Assembly (NCBI RefSeq): GCF_004010195.1
Contig: NC_057757.1
Coordinates: 47,800-111,799, forward strand
Source of the DNA: Chiloscyllium plagiosum
Taxonomy: Eukaryota
DNA length: 64,000 nt
Reading direction: 5' to 3'
The notes under the pieces are model-generated. The model made no database searches. It was not told where the DNA came from and was given only the letters and a program-made list of their open reading frames with translations. The first letter of the stretch is position 1. Every line of letters begins with the position of its first letter. The translations under genes and the position numbers were made by a program. Positions 36,152 through 49,398 of the stretch are shown piece after piece.

Positions 36152-36289
36152 CTGAAAGACACAAGTTTCACCTGATCAAGACCTAGCTGAACATCTCTCA
36201 TCACATCAAAAACGAACAGGAATCAGGCTCATGTTTATGAGGGAATAGGTTCAGCACAGTCAGTGTGATTTCTTGAAAAGAAAATTATG

Positions 36290-36575
36290 TCAGCAATGCT
36301 ACTTCACAGCGCCAGGGACCCAGGTTCGATTCCCCCCTCAGGCAACTCTCTGAATGGAGTTTGCACATTGTCCCTATGTTGTTTGGGTTTTCTCCAGGTG
36401 ATCCAGTTTCCTCCCACAAAGATGTGCAGGTTAAGTGGTTTGGCCATGCTAAATTGCCCCATATAGTGGATTAGTCATGGGATATACAGGTTTAGGGTAG
36501 GGGGGGTGGTGGATCTGGGTGGGATGCTCTTCTGATAGGCTTAATGGCCTGCGTCCACACTGTAGAGATTCTATT
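36290..36575 (+). mobile_element. tRNA-derived SINE (HE1/V-SINE-like)
   Basis: B box ggttcgattcc; same body as 23153-23647, with a single copy of the 53-bp unit. Confidence 0.8.
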
Positions 36576-37910
36576 TTGACAAGGTACCTCACAAAAGATT
36601 AAGTCATAAGATATGAGCCCATGGTATTGGCATAGATAGAGAATTGGCTCCCGAGCAGGAGATAGCAATTAGGGAGAAGGGGTTCTTTTCAGGTTGGTGA
36701 CCTGTGACCAAGGGGATCCTGACAGGGGTCAGTGCTGAGACCATAACTGCTTCCAATATATATTAATGATTCAGAGCAGGAAATGTATGTACTATATCCA
36801 AATGGACAGACAACGCAAACATAGGGATGTGAGAGAGATACAAATAATTTACAGTGATGTATTGACAGTTAAGTAAGTGAGTAAAATATTGGCAAATGGA
36901 GTATAATGTGGGAAAATGTATGGTTGTTCATCTTGGAAACAGACAAAAGCAAAGAGTATTATTCAATGGAGAGAAACTGCAGAAAACTGCAACACAAAGG
37001 GTCTTGGGGGGACATGTGTACGAACACAGAAAGCTAGCACACAAGGGCCTCAGGTAATCAGGAAGGGTCACAGTATGCTGCCTCTTATTTCAAGTGTGTT
37101 GGAGCATAAGAGAAGGGAAGGAGAAAGGGAGGACTGCAGACGCTAGAGTTCAGAGTTGAAAAGTGTGGCGCTGGAAAAGCACCGCAGGTCAGGCAGCATC
37201 CAAGCAGCAGGAGAGTCAACATTTCATGCAGAAGCCTGACATTCCTGATGAAGAGTTTATGCCCGAAACATTGACTCTCCTGCTCCTCGGATGCGGACTG
37301 ATCTGCGGTGCTTTTCCAGCGCCACACATTTCGACATGAAAGAGTAGGGAAGTCTTACTGTAACGATACAAGGTGCTGGGGAGATCACACCAGGAGTACT
37401 GTGAGCAGTTCCGGTTTCCTTATGTAAGGAAAGATATGATTTCATTGGAGGCAGTTACCAGAAGGTTACCCGGGATGATCCCGGATCGGAGAGATTGTCT
37501 CATGAGTAAAAGTGAAACCGGTTTGGACTCTACTCCCTGGGATTCGACGAATGGGGCATGATCTCATTGAAACATATCAGATTCTCAGGGTCAATGCTGA
37601 GAGAATGGTTCCCTCATGGGAAGGTCTAGGACCAGGGGGCACAGTCTCAGAATACATTTATCACTGAGATCAGAAGGAGTTTCTTCTCTGGGGGCTGAGA
37701 GCCTTTGGAACCCCTTGCCACAGAGAGCTGTGGGGGCCAGAGTCCTTGTGTATATTGAAGACTGAGACCGAGAGATTGTTCATTAGTCGGACAATCAAAG
37801 GTTACGGGTAAAGGGCAGGAAAGTGGATGTGAGGAATGTTAGATCAGCCGTGATCCTATTGAATGGGGGAGCAGGCCTGAAAGGCTGAACAGCCTATTCC
37901 TGTTCCTGAT
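36575..37910 (+). mobile_element. Old CR1-type LINE fragment with nested fold-back insertion at ~37115-37335
   Basis: decayed RT and C-terminal motifs. Confidence 0.7.
37115..37335. mobile_element. Fold-back short Penelope-derived element with hammerhead core at 37245-37272 (+)
   Basis: arms ~37165-37235 and ~37255-37333 are inverted; attcCTGATGAagagtttatgcccGAAAcatt. Confidence 0.75.
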
Positions 37911-38492
37911 TTTTACCGTCTTTTGGTCTTTCGATATATTTCACTGAATAAGGGCATCAGGAGAGGGCACTCAGGGGGCTACATGTCGTGATCTGACCGG
38001 CGTTGAAAGGAACATTACCAGGTTGGCGTTTTGACTGATAAGCAAGAAAATTGTGAACTTGTTTATTTTCACAATCTCGGAACATAGGACTCGGGAGCAG
38101 GAGTAGACCATTTGGTCCTTCGACCAGGCTCCACCATGTAATATGATCATGGTTAATCGGATTGTAGTCTCAGCTTCTCATTCATGCTTGGCACACCCCC
38201 TTGACTTCCTCATTTATAAAACTCCCACGTATCTCAGGCTTGAATAAACATAAAGACACCACCTTCATCACCTTCTGGGGCAGAAAATTCCACACTTCTA
38301 ACAATCCTCTCAGAGAAAAGCCTTCTCCTTATCGCTGTCTTAAAAGGGTGATTACTTATTCTTAAACTAGCTCCCCTTAGTTTTGCGTTGCTGACTAGAT
38401 TTGTGAAAGAAAGCATATGACACCTCGGATTAATCCATCCAGCTGCGCAACCCTTTCGCAGCCCATGTCCAGCATCAGAACGGGCCTCTTAC

Positions 38493-38634
38493 CCAGCTGC
38501 TTCTTGGCCTCAGCCCATGTCGGTTCTGAGCCTCGGAGGATCATGACAGCCTGCATTACTGTCTCAACGAGGACAGGCGGGCGGCCGTACGATTTGATTT
38601 CTGTCATGTCCTTCTTATTCAAGGACTCCAGGGC
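38493..38634 (-). CDS. DNAH2: DNAH2 exon, MTBD (ALESLNKKDMTEIKSYGRPPVLVETVMQAVMIL...WAEAKKQL)
   Basis: ttccag / gtaaga; EIKS..RPP motif. Confidence 0.95.
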
Positions 38635-39785
38635 CTGGAATGGTAAAGATTAAGACAGTACATTACTTCAATGCTGCCAGCATTGCTGACTCAACACTAG
38701 CAAACTGTGCTGTCCACAGCTTGTGTGGGCTGGGTGGTAGTCATGCCTCGATTAATTGTGACAAACCACAAAAGAAATGGACTCAGTCTACGTTTACTGG
38801 TAAAACACTGGGACTTCTCCGAGCTGGAAGTACTGATTTCAAACCTGGGTACCTGAGTTTAGGAAGGAGGTCAAGGCTGTGGAGAGGATTGGGGGAGATT
38901 TCTAGAATGGCATCAGCGAATATGGAGAGCGTAGAGAAACTCGGATTATTCTCCTTAGAGCAGAGGTGAGAGAAAATTGAATTGAGGCATTTAAAGTCAT
39001 GTGGGGTTTTGATAGGTTGAATCAGGAGAAACTATTTCCAGTGGAAGGAGGGTTGGTAACTAGAGGGACACAGATTAAAGATAACCTGACAGTATGGGGA
39101 AGCTGAGAATGTTTTGTCTTACAAATTGTTGTGATCTGGAACATTTGGAATGAAAGGGCAGTGGAAGCAAATCCAACAGTAACTTTAAAAGGGAATGGAT
39201 AAACACTGAAAGGGAGAACTCTGCAGAGGCTTTGGAAAAAGTAGGAGAACGGGATTAAATGGATGGCTCTTTCAGGGACTGGCCACAATCTTATGGGATA
39301 TTCTCCTCCTTAGCAGAAGGAGCACTGAAAATCTAGTTGGAATATTTTGAGGATATTTGATGCTTAGCTTGCAGTTTGTTCACCAAACCATTCGAAGTGG
39401 AACAAACCTATTCTCACCTGCTTGTCCCCCAGCCAATGGTTTTGTGCACAGTCTGCATCCACATGATTCCTCCGCATGTATCACAGACAGGTTTCTGCTC
39501 AACAGCCTTGATTACCAGGTGACAGTGCGGCAGAAATGAAATAACTGAATGAGCAGATCGGGATCTCTCCTTCACCTCCTCCATGCAAAGGGGCAGCAAA
39601 TTCCTGCTGATGCAGCACTCCCTCTGCTCAAACTCCGGACGTGGGTAATTGAACAAGCAACCTTTCACCCCAGGGGTGAGAGTTCCACTAGCGAAGCCAA
39701 GCTGACACCTATAACCCGATGGGACATTCCACAACAGGGAGTGAAAAAGATGAGGGAGGCTGTGTGTGTAAGTAATGGATCATAC

Positions 39786-39902
39786 CTTCATTGCCTCCTG
39801 CAGTGCTGGCATGGCCTCATCCAGTTCCTTTTGAGCTCCTTCTGCCATTATTTTGCATTTTATCTCTTCTGCTGAAATTTTCTCACTGTGGGAGCTTACA
39901 GT
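39786..39902 (-). CDS. DNAH2: DNAH2 exon, stalk CC1 (TVSSHSEKISAEEIKCKIMAEGAQKELDEAMPALQEAMK); not in ORF track
   Basis: manual translation; tacag / gtatga; L.EAMPAL motif; 117 nt, phase 0-0. Confidence 0.93.
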
Positions 39903-41983
39903 CTGTACGGACAGAAATTAGGTTTGTTTAAAGACACCATCAGGACAATGACCATATTACAGTAAAACAGAAACCCTGAGGCCCACATTCCAATACCATG
40001 CAGATTGTCAGTTGGAACGGTCTGTCTGGGCTCGGTTTCCAGTATTGGTCAGCCATCGGTTGTCTTAGCAATGACTCTGGCACACATGCACTCATATGGG
40101 AAATGGAAACAAATTGGTTCAGACATCTGCAAGACTGTTCAGAGGAACAACGGGAAGTCCCACTGAGTTTGTTTCATCACTCACATGATCATGCTGGACC
40201 TGCATCTCCAATCTACGTCCTCTAATAATCTTCACAGAAACAAAACTTATTTTCAATAATATCAAATCTTCACAACCTCTTCAGGACAGAACTCTGGATT
40301 TTCACACCCCTTTGGATAAAGAAGCACTTTCTGATATAACTCCTGATGGAATTTTAATGCTCTGCATTCTCCCTGCCAGAGGATATCGGTTCTCTCTATC
40401 TACCTTGTCAAATCCATCCATTTCAAACACCTTGTTGAAATTGTCTGACAACTTTCCAAACTGAAAGGACAGAAGCCATGTTTGTGAGAATTATTCTCAT
40501 CGGTAAGGTCTCTGAGGTGGAAGTTTTTCTGATGAATCTGCTATGATTCCTTCCAAGGTCAATTTACCTTTGAGAGGTGCTCAGCCTAGACCTGAGGGTA
40601 GTTCCTCAATATGGGTCTAAACAAGTCTTTATGTAACTGAGGTATCACAGTCTCACTTTTCAATTCCAATTGCCTTGAATTAAAGTCTGCTACTCCAGCA
40701 CTGATTCACTGACTTTAGTTGATTCATGTAGCTGACCATCTATGCTCCCTCTTCCAGTGTCTCATCAGGAAGGAAATATTCTCATTTGTTTTTCTCATAT
40801 CAAAGGTGGATAACTCTTACACTTCCTCAGGCTGAGTTCATTCTGTCACATAGGACACAGGAAAATATGACTCTGGAGCAGCAGGTGGCCATTTGGCCCT
40901 TTAAGGCTGCTGGACCACTTCATAATTTAATGGCGAATCTGATTGTGATCCCAACTCCAATTCCCCATCTTGACAGCATTCACTTTAAGCTTCACAGTCT
41001 TTCCAGTTCCCTCTTGATCTTATATGTTTTAATAAGATCACCCTCATTCTTCTAAACTTCAATGGATCCAGGTCCAACCTACTCAATCTTTCTTCATAAG
41101 ATAAACTGTTCATCCCAGAAAGGGGTTGAACCTTTTCTGAACTCTGACTAAAGTAGTTATTCTGTTTGGAAGACAAGCAGACGGAAACTGTACACAGTAC
41201 CATAGTTGTTGCCTCACCAATGCCCTGTACAATTGCAGGAAAACTTCTCTTTATATTCCATTCCTTTTCCAATCAACAACAAGATTCCATTTGCCATCCT
41301 AATCACTTGTTGAACCCGCAAACCAACTTTATGCAAGTCATTTGCAGAATACAATGCAGAAACAAGAGTAACTTTGACTGAAGTGGTGTTCCTCATGCCA
41401 GACAGATAACTCAGGGAGTTTTACAGATTGAAGGACAAAGCAGACACTGAGCTGGAGAAACAGAAGGAGATGGTGCTGAGAATAGTTAAGAATAATCAGA
41501 TTAAATTTTTTTAAAGATCTGTATGGCGTTTCCTGCAACCCGGGAAGGGGGTGCAGAGGGCTGAAAACGTGTTTGCTTTGGCAGAGTTAATGAAACAGGA
41601 AACAGATCAGTGTCACGAGCGGACCAATGAGTGAAAGCAGGGGCACAGAGCTGAAGGAGGTCACAAGGTACAGTGGAGTGACGCCATGGGTTTATTTGAA
41701 GAGGATTGTGAAAATGAGACAAAGGGACATATGTGATATGGTGTGGGTCAGGGTAACCGAAGAGTGGGATATCCGAGTAGATAGGAGGGTAAGTATTAGA
41801 AAAGGAGGATGGTTAGAGGAGTTAAACCCTGGAAAACATAGAATCGAACAAATCCATTTTCACCTCCAGCACTAAGTTTGGAGCTAAGTGATGACTGGGG
41901 AATAACAGGGGCACTTTCAGTGCTACAGAAGTACAGGGGTGTTATTCCTGGGAACAGTATAGAAAGGGATTCTCTTCTCTCAC

Positions 41984-42194
41984 CTTCTGCTGCTCGTCAG
42001 CTTCCCGTTTCTGCTGCACAATGATCACCAGATACTCCTCACATTGCTTTTGGAACTCAGCCACTTTCACTTTGGCTTCCTCCAGCTCGACGGACATCAC
42101 CTCCACCTTATCACGGGTATCGTCAATCTTAGACAGTCCATTCCGCAGCTTGTTGGCCTGAGTACTCAGCTCAATGCGTTTCTCCTCCAGGAGC
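41984..42194 (-). CDS. DNAH2: DNAH2 exon, start of stalk (LLEEKRIELSTQANKLRNGLSKIDDTR...EQQK)
   Basis: ccaag / gtgaga; GL.KI motif; phase 2 from previous exon (AA+G=Lys). Confidence 0.94.
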
Positions 42195-44009
42195 CTTGGA
42201 AACAAAAGAATGTCCCAACATCAATGCACACATGGCCCTGGGACATGGCAAGGCACATGCACCTGACCATGGGCCAGACAGACGGGCTAAAATAAGGCAG
42301 GAATTGCTGCTATCCAGATTGCTGCAGCTAATGGCATACAGATGTTGAGAAGCAGTGAGCTCAGCCTCCATTCTCAAACAGTTTGTTTTAAACAGGAAAC
42401 TGTAACCTGGGGTGTCTGCAGCTCAACTCTCCAGCCACACCGCAAACAGTGAAGGATGCAGTAGTGTCAAACTGCAGAATGTATAGCACACAGCCTCCAA
42501 CCCCCTGCCCACCTGGGCACGGAGGCAGCCCAGCTTATTCTTTCACTCCAGGGCCTGCTCTGTTTGTACTCTGCAGCCCCAGAGGTTCAGAAAGGATTGT
42601 TTCATGCAACATTGCCTCTGCTAATTTGAACTTGAAATCGACGCACATTGTGTAGAGTCACATCTTAGAAAGACTAGAAAGGGTAGTCTGTCCTGCTAAT
42701 GTAGTTGGACCCGGGACTTGAGTGGATCTGAAACTCTATGACCTGCAGTCAGAACACACCAGCAAAGTAATTTACCGAGTGGAAGTACTTTGACTCTTGG
42801 CACTGTATGAGTGCTTTTTTTTTAATATCAAGGAGGCAAGTTGTATTCCTTGCATATGTAAAATTTCCCTTCCACTTTAAGGGCTAATAGATTTCTTGCA
42901 GTTGTTCAATTTAAATTGGAAGGAGCTGAACACAGTAGCATTGAAGTGCAAGGACTAGTATCAGGAAATGTCCTGGCAGCAGGGAGTCAGCAATTCATGC
43001 AGCAAAAACCACTCTACATTATGGTACGCTGCAGACAAATGGAATCCAAATGTAGGGTTTGGAAAGACCAAGACCACTCTCCCCATTCACTGCGACTGAA
43101 TGAGACTTTATGTTCAGGCATAAGATGAATCATAATTATTCTTTTAACGTTCACAAACGATTTCCCTCACAATGGTCGCTCACTTCAGGAGTCTATCCAC
43201 TTTTTGTGCAGAGCACTTTTTCTCCCCCTTGATCTTTCTTCTGATTGCACTTACTGAATAGTATCTCCTGTGGTACATAGGTTTGTCAATGACTGCTTTA
43301 ATCTGGCAGAAAAATAGGTCAAATTCTGAAAGCTCCTCAGAGGGAGACCCATCAACGATGGGGAATTTGATTCATTTCTGCTTCTCTCATTCCTTAAAAC
43401 TTCAGCTATTCTCCAGGTCAGGGATAGAACAGCCAGTGGAAGAATATACCTCATTCCACCGTGACCCAACTCCTACAATGGGTACAAAGTGTAGTGTTTC
43501 TGGTATTGGACTGGCAATGCAGAGGTGAGGTGTTTGCTCTGCATTCTGACTTGGGCCATGCAGTAATCACTACCCTCTCATCATCACTGATCAATATCCG
43601 GGAACTCCCTAACATAAATACTACCTATCAGTTTCTGAAGTAAAAATGGAAAAATGCTCCACTAGCAAAGAGAATCATTTCTGTTGCTGCTAAGGAACTC
43701 ACTATCTAAATGTTTCTTACCTAGGCCAGAGAGGGATGGCCCTTTTAGTGCAGAATAAGGGGTAGCTTTGCACAAATGGGGCTGGATTGAGACATAGAGT
43801 CACACAGCACGGAAACAGACCCCTCGGTCCAACAAGTCCATGCTGAACATAATCCCAAAATAAACCAGTCCCATCTGTTTGCTCCAGGTCCAAACCTTTC
43901 CTATTCATGTATGTATCCAAATGTCTTCCTCTGCAAGTTCATTCCACACATGAACCATCCTCTGTGTAAAACATTTGCCCGCATGTCTTTTTTAAATCTC
44001 TCTTCTTTC

Positions 44010-45090
44010 CCATTGCATAGTATCCTTTGCAAGCCGGAACAGGAGTCTCGCATGGTGTGTTGCCTACCCGGTGCCAGGGTTCGGGACATCTCTGACCGGC
44101 TTGAAAGGATATTGGAGCGGGAGGGGGAGGATCCAGTTGTTGTGATCCACGTTGGGACTAATAACACAGGCAAAGCTAGGATGGAGGACCTGTTTGGGAA
44201 TTATCGAGCACTAGGAAGGAAATTGAAATACAGGTCCTCAAGGGTCATAATCTCTGAATTACTGCCCGAGCCACATGCCAATTGGCATAGGGATAAGAAA
44301 ATTAGGGAAGTAAACACGTGGCTAAGGGATTGGTGTGGGAAAGAGGGATTCCACTTCATGGGGCAATGGCATCAGTTTTGGAACAGGGGGGATCTGTACC
44401 GTTGGGACGGTCTCCACCTGAACCGATCAGGTACCAATGTTCTAGCGAAGAGGATAAATAGGGTGGTCAGTAGGACTTTAAACTTCTGAGTTGGGGGGAA
44501 GGGAAAGTGAAAGCGACAGGGAGTATGGAGGTAAATGGCAAGATAAGCAGCAGGATAGAATGTTTCCAGGCGGATTTAAAATTGAGGCAGACTGAGAATG
44601 CAGTAAAAAAGCAAGGATAACTTAGGACATATGACTTCCAACATCTCTAATGATAAGGAAGTTAGCATTAAGGCACTTTACCTGAATGCTCGTACCATAC
44701 ATAACAAAGCCGATGAACTAATGACACAGATAATAGTGAATGATTATGATGTAGTAGGCATCACAGAGACTTGGTTACAGGGGGGTCAGGACTGGCAGTT
44801 AAACCTCCATGGTTTTACAACTTATCGAAAAGACAGAGAGGTGGGCAGAGGGGGTGGGGTTGCCTTGTTAGTTAAGAACAAAATTAAATCTATGATATTG
44901 AATGACATAGCGTCGGATGATGTGGAGTCTGTGTGGGTGGAATTGAGGAACCACAAAGGCAAAAAAAACAGAATTGGAGTTGTGTATAGACCTCCTAACA
45001 GTGGTCAGGACCAGGGACATAACATGTACCGGGAAATAGAGAAGGCATGTCAGAAAGGCAAGGTTACATTGATCACGGGAGACTTCAATC
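44010..45090 (+). mobile_element. CR1 LINE 5' part: ORF1 SGNH-esterase domain and ORF2 APE endonuclease start
   Basis: CCLPGAR, HVGTNN, DGLHLN (ORF 43911-44489); YLNAR, ITETWL, GGGVALLV, YRPP, GDFN (ORF 44631-). Confidence 0.9.
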
Positions 45091-45399
45091 CCCCCCCACT
45101 ATCCCCATTGAACACCCACCCCCTCCCTGGGGCAGCCAGACTGTATACCAGCCAGACTGTATACCAGCCAGACTGCTGCTACCATCTTTGTGGGCTAAGT
45201 CTCCAAATAGCGCGTGCGCGCACACAAACTTTTTACTGCAACATTTTGACAGGTTGCACCTTTGCCCTGTACAGGACAATGTTAGAGAGATGATCTGGTG
45301 AAGGGGGTTTAGGGTACACTCCTGCGGGAAGAGAGGGCAGGAGGTCAGTCATTTGGAGACAGTGCCTGTTTAATTGCTGTAAACAAAAAGCATGATCAC

Positions 45400-45490
45400 T
45401 GTTGATGTAATGTTTCTGCAGGACCTGGAGATCTCCTTTGGATAATCCAATTTTCGGATAATTGGTATTCGGATAATCGAGGTTCCTCTG
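45400..45490. mobile_element. Possible Tigger/pogo-like DNA transposon terminus
   Basis: ttcggataatcgaggttcctctg end with three ggataat subrepeats; partner end not found. Confidence 0.45.
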
Positions 45491-46150
45491 TTCCATCAAA
45501 ATTGGCCTTCCTCCCATTTAGAACTTCAGCTTTTAGATTTGGTCTATCCTTTTGCATTACTATTTTATATCTAATAGAATTATGGTCACTGGCCCCAAAG
45601 CGCTCCCCCACTGATACCTCAATCACTTGCCCTGCCTTATTTGCCAAAGATAGGTCAAGTTTTGCACACTCTCTCGTAGGTATATCCACATACTGAAGCA
45701 GAAAGTTTTCTTGTGTACACTTAACAAATTCCTCTCCATCTAAACTTTGACTACGATGGTAGTCCCAGAGTATGTTTGGGAAGTTAAAATTCCCTATCAT
45801 AACCACCCTATTATTCTTACAGATAACTGAAATCTCCTTTAAAATTGGTTTCTCAATTTCCCACTGACTATTGAGGGTCTACAGTACTATTCTTCTATTC
45901 CTACCCTCACTAGCTCGTAACACCGGATATTATCCAGATATTACCACTCGAGGAGCTCCTTTTTAAAATTCTTAACTTTCTATATTACCAGACAGAATCT
46001 CATCCTTCTGCCTTCCTATGTCATTCGTTCCAATGTGTACAACGTCCTCCTGCTGGTCCCTCTCCTCTTTGAAAATATTCTGCGCACTCTCCAAAATATC
46101 TTTGATCCTGGCACTAGGGAGGCAACACACCATTCTGATTTTTCGCTGAT
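45491..46150 (-). mobile_element. CR1 LINE fragment (endonuclease C-terminus and ORF1 esterase remnant)
   Basis: GNFNFPNILW...SDHN; CCLPSAR..HIGTND. Confidence 0.8.
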
Positions 46151-47454
46151 GGCCGCAGAAATATTCACTGTTCATTTTTTTTTTTAGACGCACTCCAATA
46201 TCCAAAGATACTTAAACTCACAACAGCAAAGGCAGTAGCTGTGCAGACCCACTGCTGAGAGAGCCAGCAGCGTGGGTTTCTTTCTGACCTTGTGTTCTCT
46301 CCATTTGTCTCTCTTCCTCCCTTTTAAAGGACGCTGTTTTGATCTTTCTCCCCCACAGTTCCAAAACAATGCAACAGCATATAAAACAGTAATTACTGCT
46401 CCTGGAATTTGAGGAAATCACCTCTCCAATAGCCAAGATACCTCAAAAAGCAGTGCTTACAGCCACAATTTTACTGCCAAATTTTAATGTGATAGGTTGA
46501 TTTGTACATTTGGTTGCTGCATCTCCCTTCAAAACAGTGACTGCACTTGCAAAAAATAAACCATTGTTTGTGAAGTGTTTAGAATCATCTGTGAATGGAA
46601 TGTGATGCGACAGAAGTACTATCGTTTTCTTACTGTTACATTGAAATTTTTTTCTTCTTTTGAATGTATACAGAAAATGACAAAAAAAAGTTGAAAGAGC
46701 CAGTTTCAAGATAGAAACAGTCTGATGTAATTGAACAGCTGAAGATTTTCGGAGGATGCGACTGTATGATTGTACCTGGCTTCTGTTCCTATTCTTACCT
46801 TCTTATCTACTAAATGTTCCTCATAACTTTACCCTTTATCAATAAAACAATTAGCCATCTTCAAACTTGTTAAATCTTCTGTTTCCTCATTTTGCCAAAG
46901 CAAATAAGCTCAATTTTTCTAATATTTCCTTCCAGCCAGATTTTCTTTCCTTCCCAGAAGTGAACATCGATTGGGTCAAATTAATGTCTGACCTAATTAA
47001 TTCATTGAAAAAATCCCGCTAATAATGAAATCCGATACTTATTTACTACTTTTCTTAAGTAAATTAATTTATCTTCTGTAATTCGCAGGTTATTTTCTTG
47101 ATCAGTATGTTGTACTGTGATTCCATTTTACATGTATTCCATTTCCTTGGTTCCAAACAATTTATTTCACAATGACCAGATTAAATTGTGCAAATCGTTC
47201 TTTTACAGGAAAGTACCAAAGAGAAAGGAAAGATTGGATTTAATTCCTCTTACACAGAACCATAAAAACAAGACAGTTGGGGCTGTTCAACCTATCTAGT
47301 CCATGCTGACCCAAAGACACCCAGATGCCCTTCCTAATTTCATCTTTCAGCACACAGCCCATAGACATGCTTGAATCTTTCTCTAATATTCAGGCTGCCT
47401 TCTTACTTGATGGCATCTGCAAAGATTTTACTCATACAACTTCAATATAGGAGA

Positions 47455-47765
47455 CTAGGACCCGTGGCACAGCCTTAGAATTAGAGGGGGTAAATTTAGA
47501 ACAGAAATGCGGAGATATTTCTTCAGCCAGAGAGTGGTGGGCCTGTGGAATTCATTGCCACAGAGTGCAGTGGAGGCTGGGACGCTAAATGTCTTCAAGG
47601 CAGAAATTGATAAATTCTTGATGTCACAAGGAATTAAGGGTTATGGGGAGAATGCGGGTAAGTGGAGTTGAAATGCCCATCAGCCATGATTGAATGGCGG
47701 AGTGGACTCGATGGGCCGAATGGCCTTACTTTCGCTCCTATGTCTTATGGTCTTATGGTCTTAAA
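47455..47765 (+). mobile_element. CR1-type LINE 3' end, (tcttatgg)n-tail subfamily
   Basis: FFSQRVVGLWNSLP; tail tcttatggtcttatggtctta; a related - strand tail at 50760-50855. Confidence 0.85.
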
Positions 47766-49258
47766 AATTAGCCCCCTAATCTTGAAATCCTCCATCCTAG
47801 GGAAAAGACAACTACTATCTCTCCCCCTCATTATTTTATAAACTTCTATCAGGTCGCCTCTCAACCTCCTACACTCCAGTGAAAAAAGTCCCAGCCGATC
47901 CAGCTTTCCTCCAGAACTGAAACTGAATACCCAGCAATATCTTGGTAAATCCCTTCTGAACTCTCTCTAGCTTAATACTATCCATGCCCACCTTTATTTC
48001 AGTGCAATCTGGTCATATAACAGGTACATATCTAGACCAGCAATCCAGAGAGTCCCAGAGACAGAGGTTTAAATGCCACGAAGCAATTGGAGAATTGGAA
48101 TTTAATCCATTAAATAAAATCAGGAATAAAACCTGATATCTGTAATAGTGACAACAAAACTGCCAATTAAAACCCCATCTGGTTCTCTAGGCAACAAAAT
48201 GGTCATCCTGACTCAGTCTGGCCTACGTGGAACTCCAACCTGACAACAATAAGACTGACTTTTAATTTCACTCCGTGATGGCCCAGCAAACCACTCAGCT
48301 GGAATCAAGAAGCTGACTCATCACCACCTTCTGAAGAGAGAGAGAGAGAGACGCCCATTGCTGCAAATGGATGTTTTTTAAAATTCACAATTTTTATGAG
48401 GCAGACTGTACGTATTTCATCAGTCTGGGTGTGATACTGCAGCAAATGTAATCATCCAGTTTGGTAATATGCCTCTGCTCCCTCAGCCAGCTATCCTTTC
48501 AACTGAAGAACTCAGTGTTCAAACTCCAGTGCACGATAGCAAACACATGAATGGATAATGTCTACAATAATATGTCTGCAGAAACAGCAGCCAAAAGCAC
48601 CTTAGATATGCATATTAAATATTTGTATGCCAGTATGGTCCATTGCTATTTCAGTTGCGTGGATTTCAGGTTCATCAAAGTGACTGTTAACAGTGCTGGC
48701 AAATGGAATATTTTTTACTTCAGGGTGACCAGTGGCAATAACAAAGGTACCCAGTGCTGATCAAAAGCACAAAACTGAAAAGTCAATGAATAATGTACAG
48801 AATAGGAAACTTCAGAACATTTAACAAGCTCATAGTGATTGGGTTGCAGTTAGTTCTGTAGTTAAACATCACTTGTGGAGTTTACAATGGTAGCTGAGGT
48901 TTGGAATGTGTTGCACCACCTGCCCAACCACACAGAGGTTAATAGCTAATGATCAGGATGATGCCAGGTGCACTTATGTACTCATGTACTTATTCCATAG
49001 TGGGAGGTATTAATGCTCATTCAGTAGGATCACTGCCTCTGAGCCTGAAGACCCAGGTTCAAGCTCTGCTCCAGGACCTGAGCCACAGAAGGGCACTCGC
49101 AACAGATTGATACCTCAACCCAGTAATCCTCATAACACTCTTCCAATATTCCCTGAATAAAGATGCAAAACAAACAATCCCACTATTCAGTACCAGGTTA
49201 CAATCTTCCCTTACATATTACTTGGCAGCAATGACAGTGTTAGGATAATGACACTTAC

Positions 49259-49398
49259 TTTTTGTAGCCGGACACCAGCTCCAGATAGTTGGTTGGGGTC
49301 ACATAGTTATGCCTCCGCAGTTCCAGCAACATTTTCTCAGAATACATTGTCACTGAGCGGTGCATGGTCACAAAGATGTGAGCCAGGTTACTGCGTAG
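49259..49398 (-). CDS. DNAH2: DNAH2 exon, AAA4 lid (LRSNLAHIFVTMH...RHNYVTPTNYLELVSGYK)
   Basis: ttccag / gtaagt; R.NYVTP..YLEL motif. Confidence 0.95.

Noticed and set aside
43911..44489. 192-aa SGNH hydrolase ORF as a host or horizontally acquired gene
   Set aside because: It is the known esterase domain of CR1 ORF1. It is followed by the LINE endonuclease, and its N-terminus is read through from an unrelated antisense CR1 tail.
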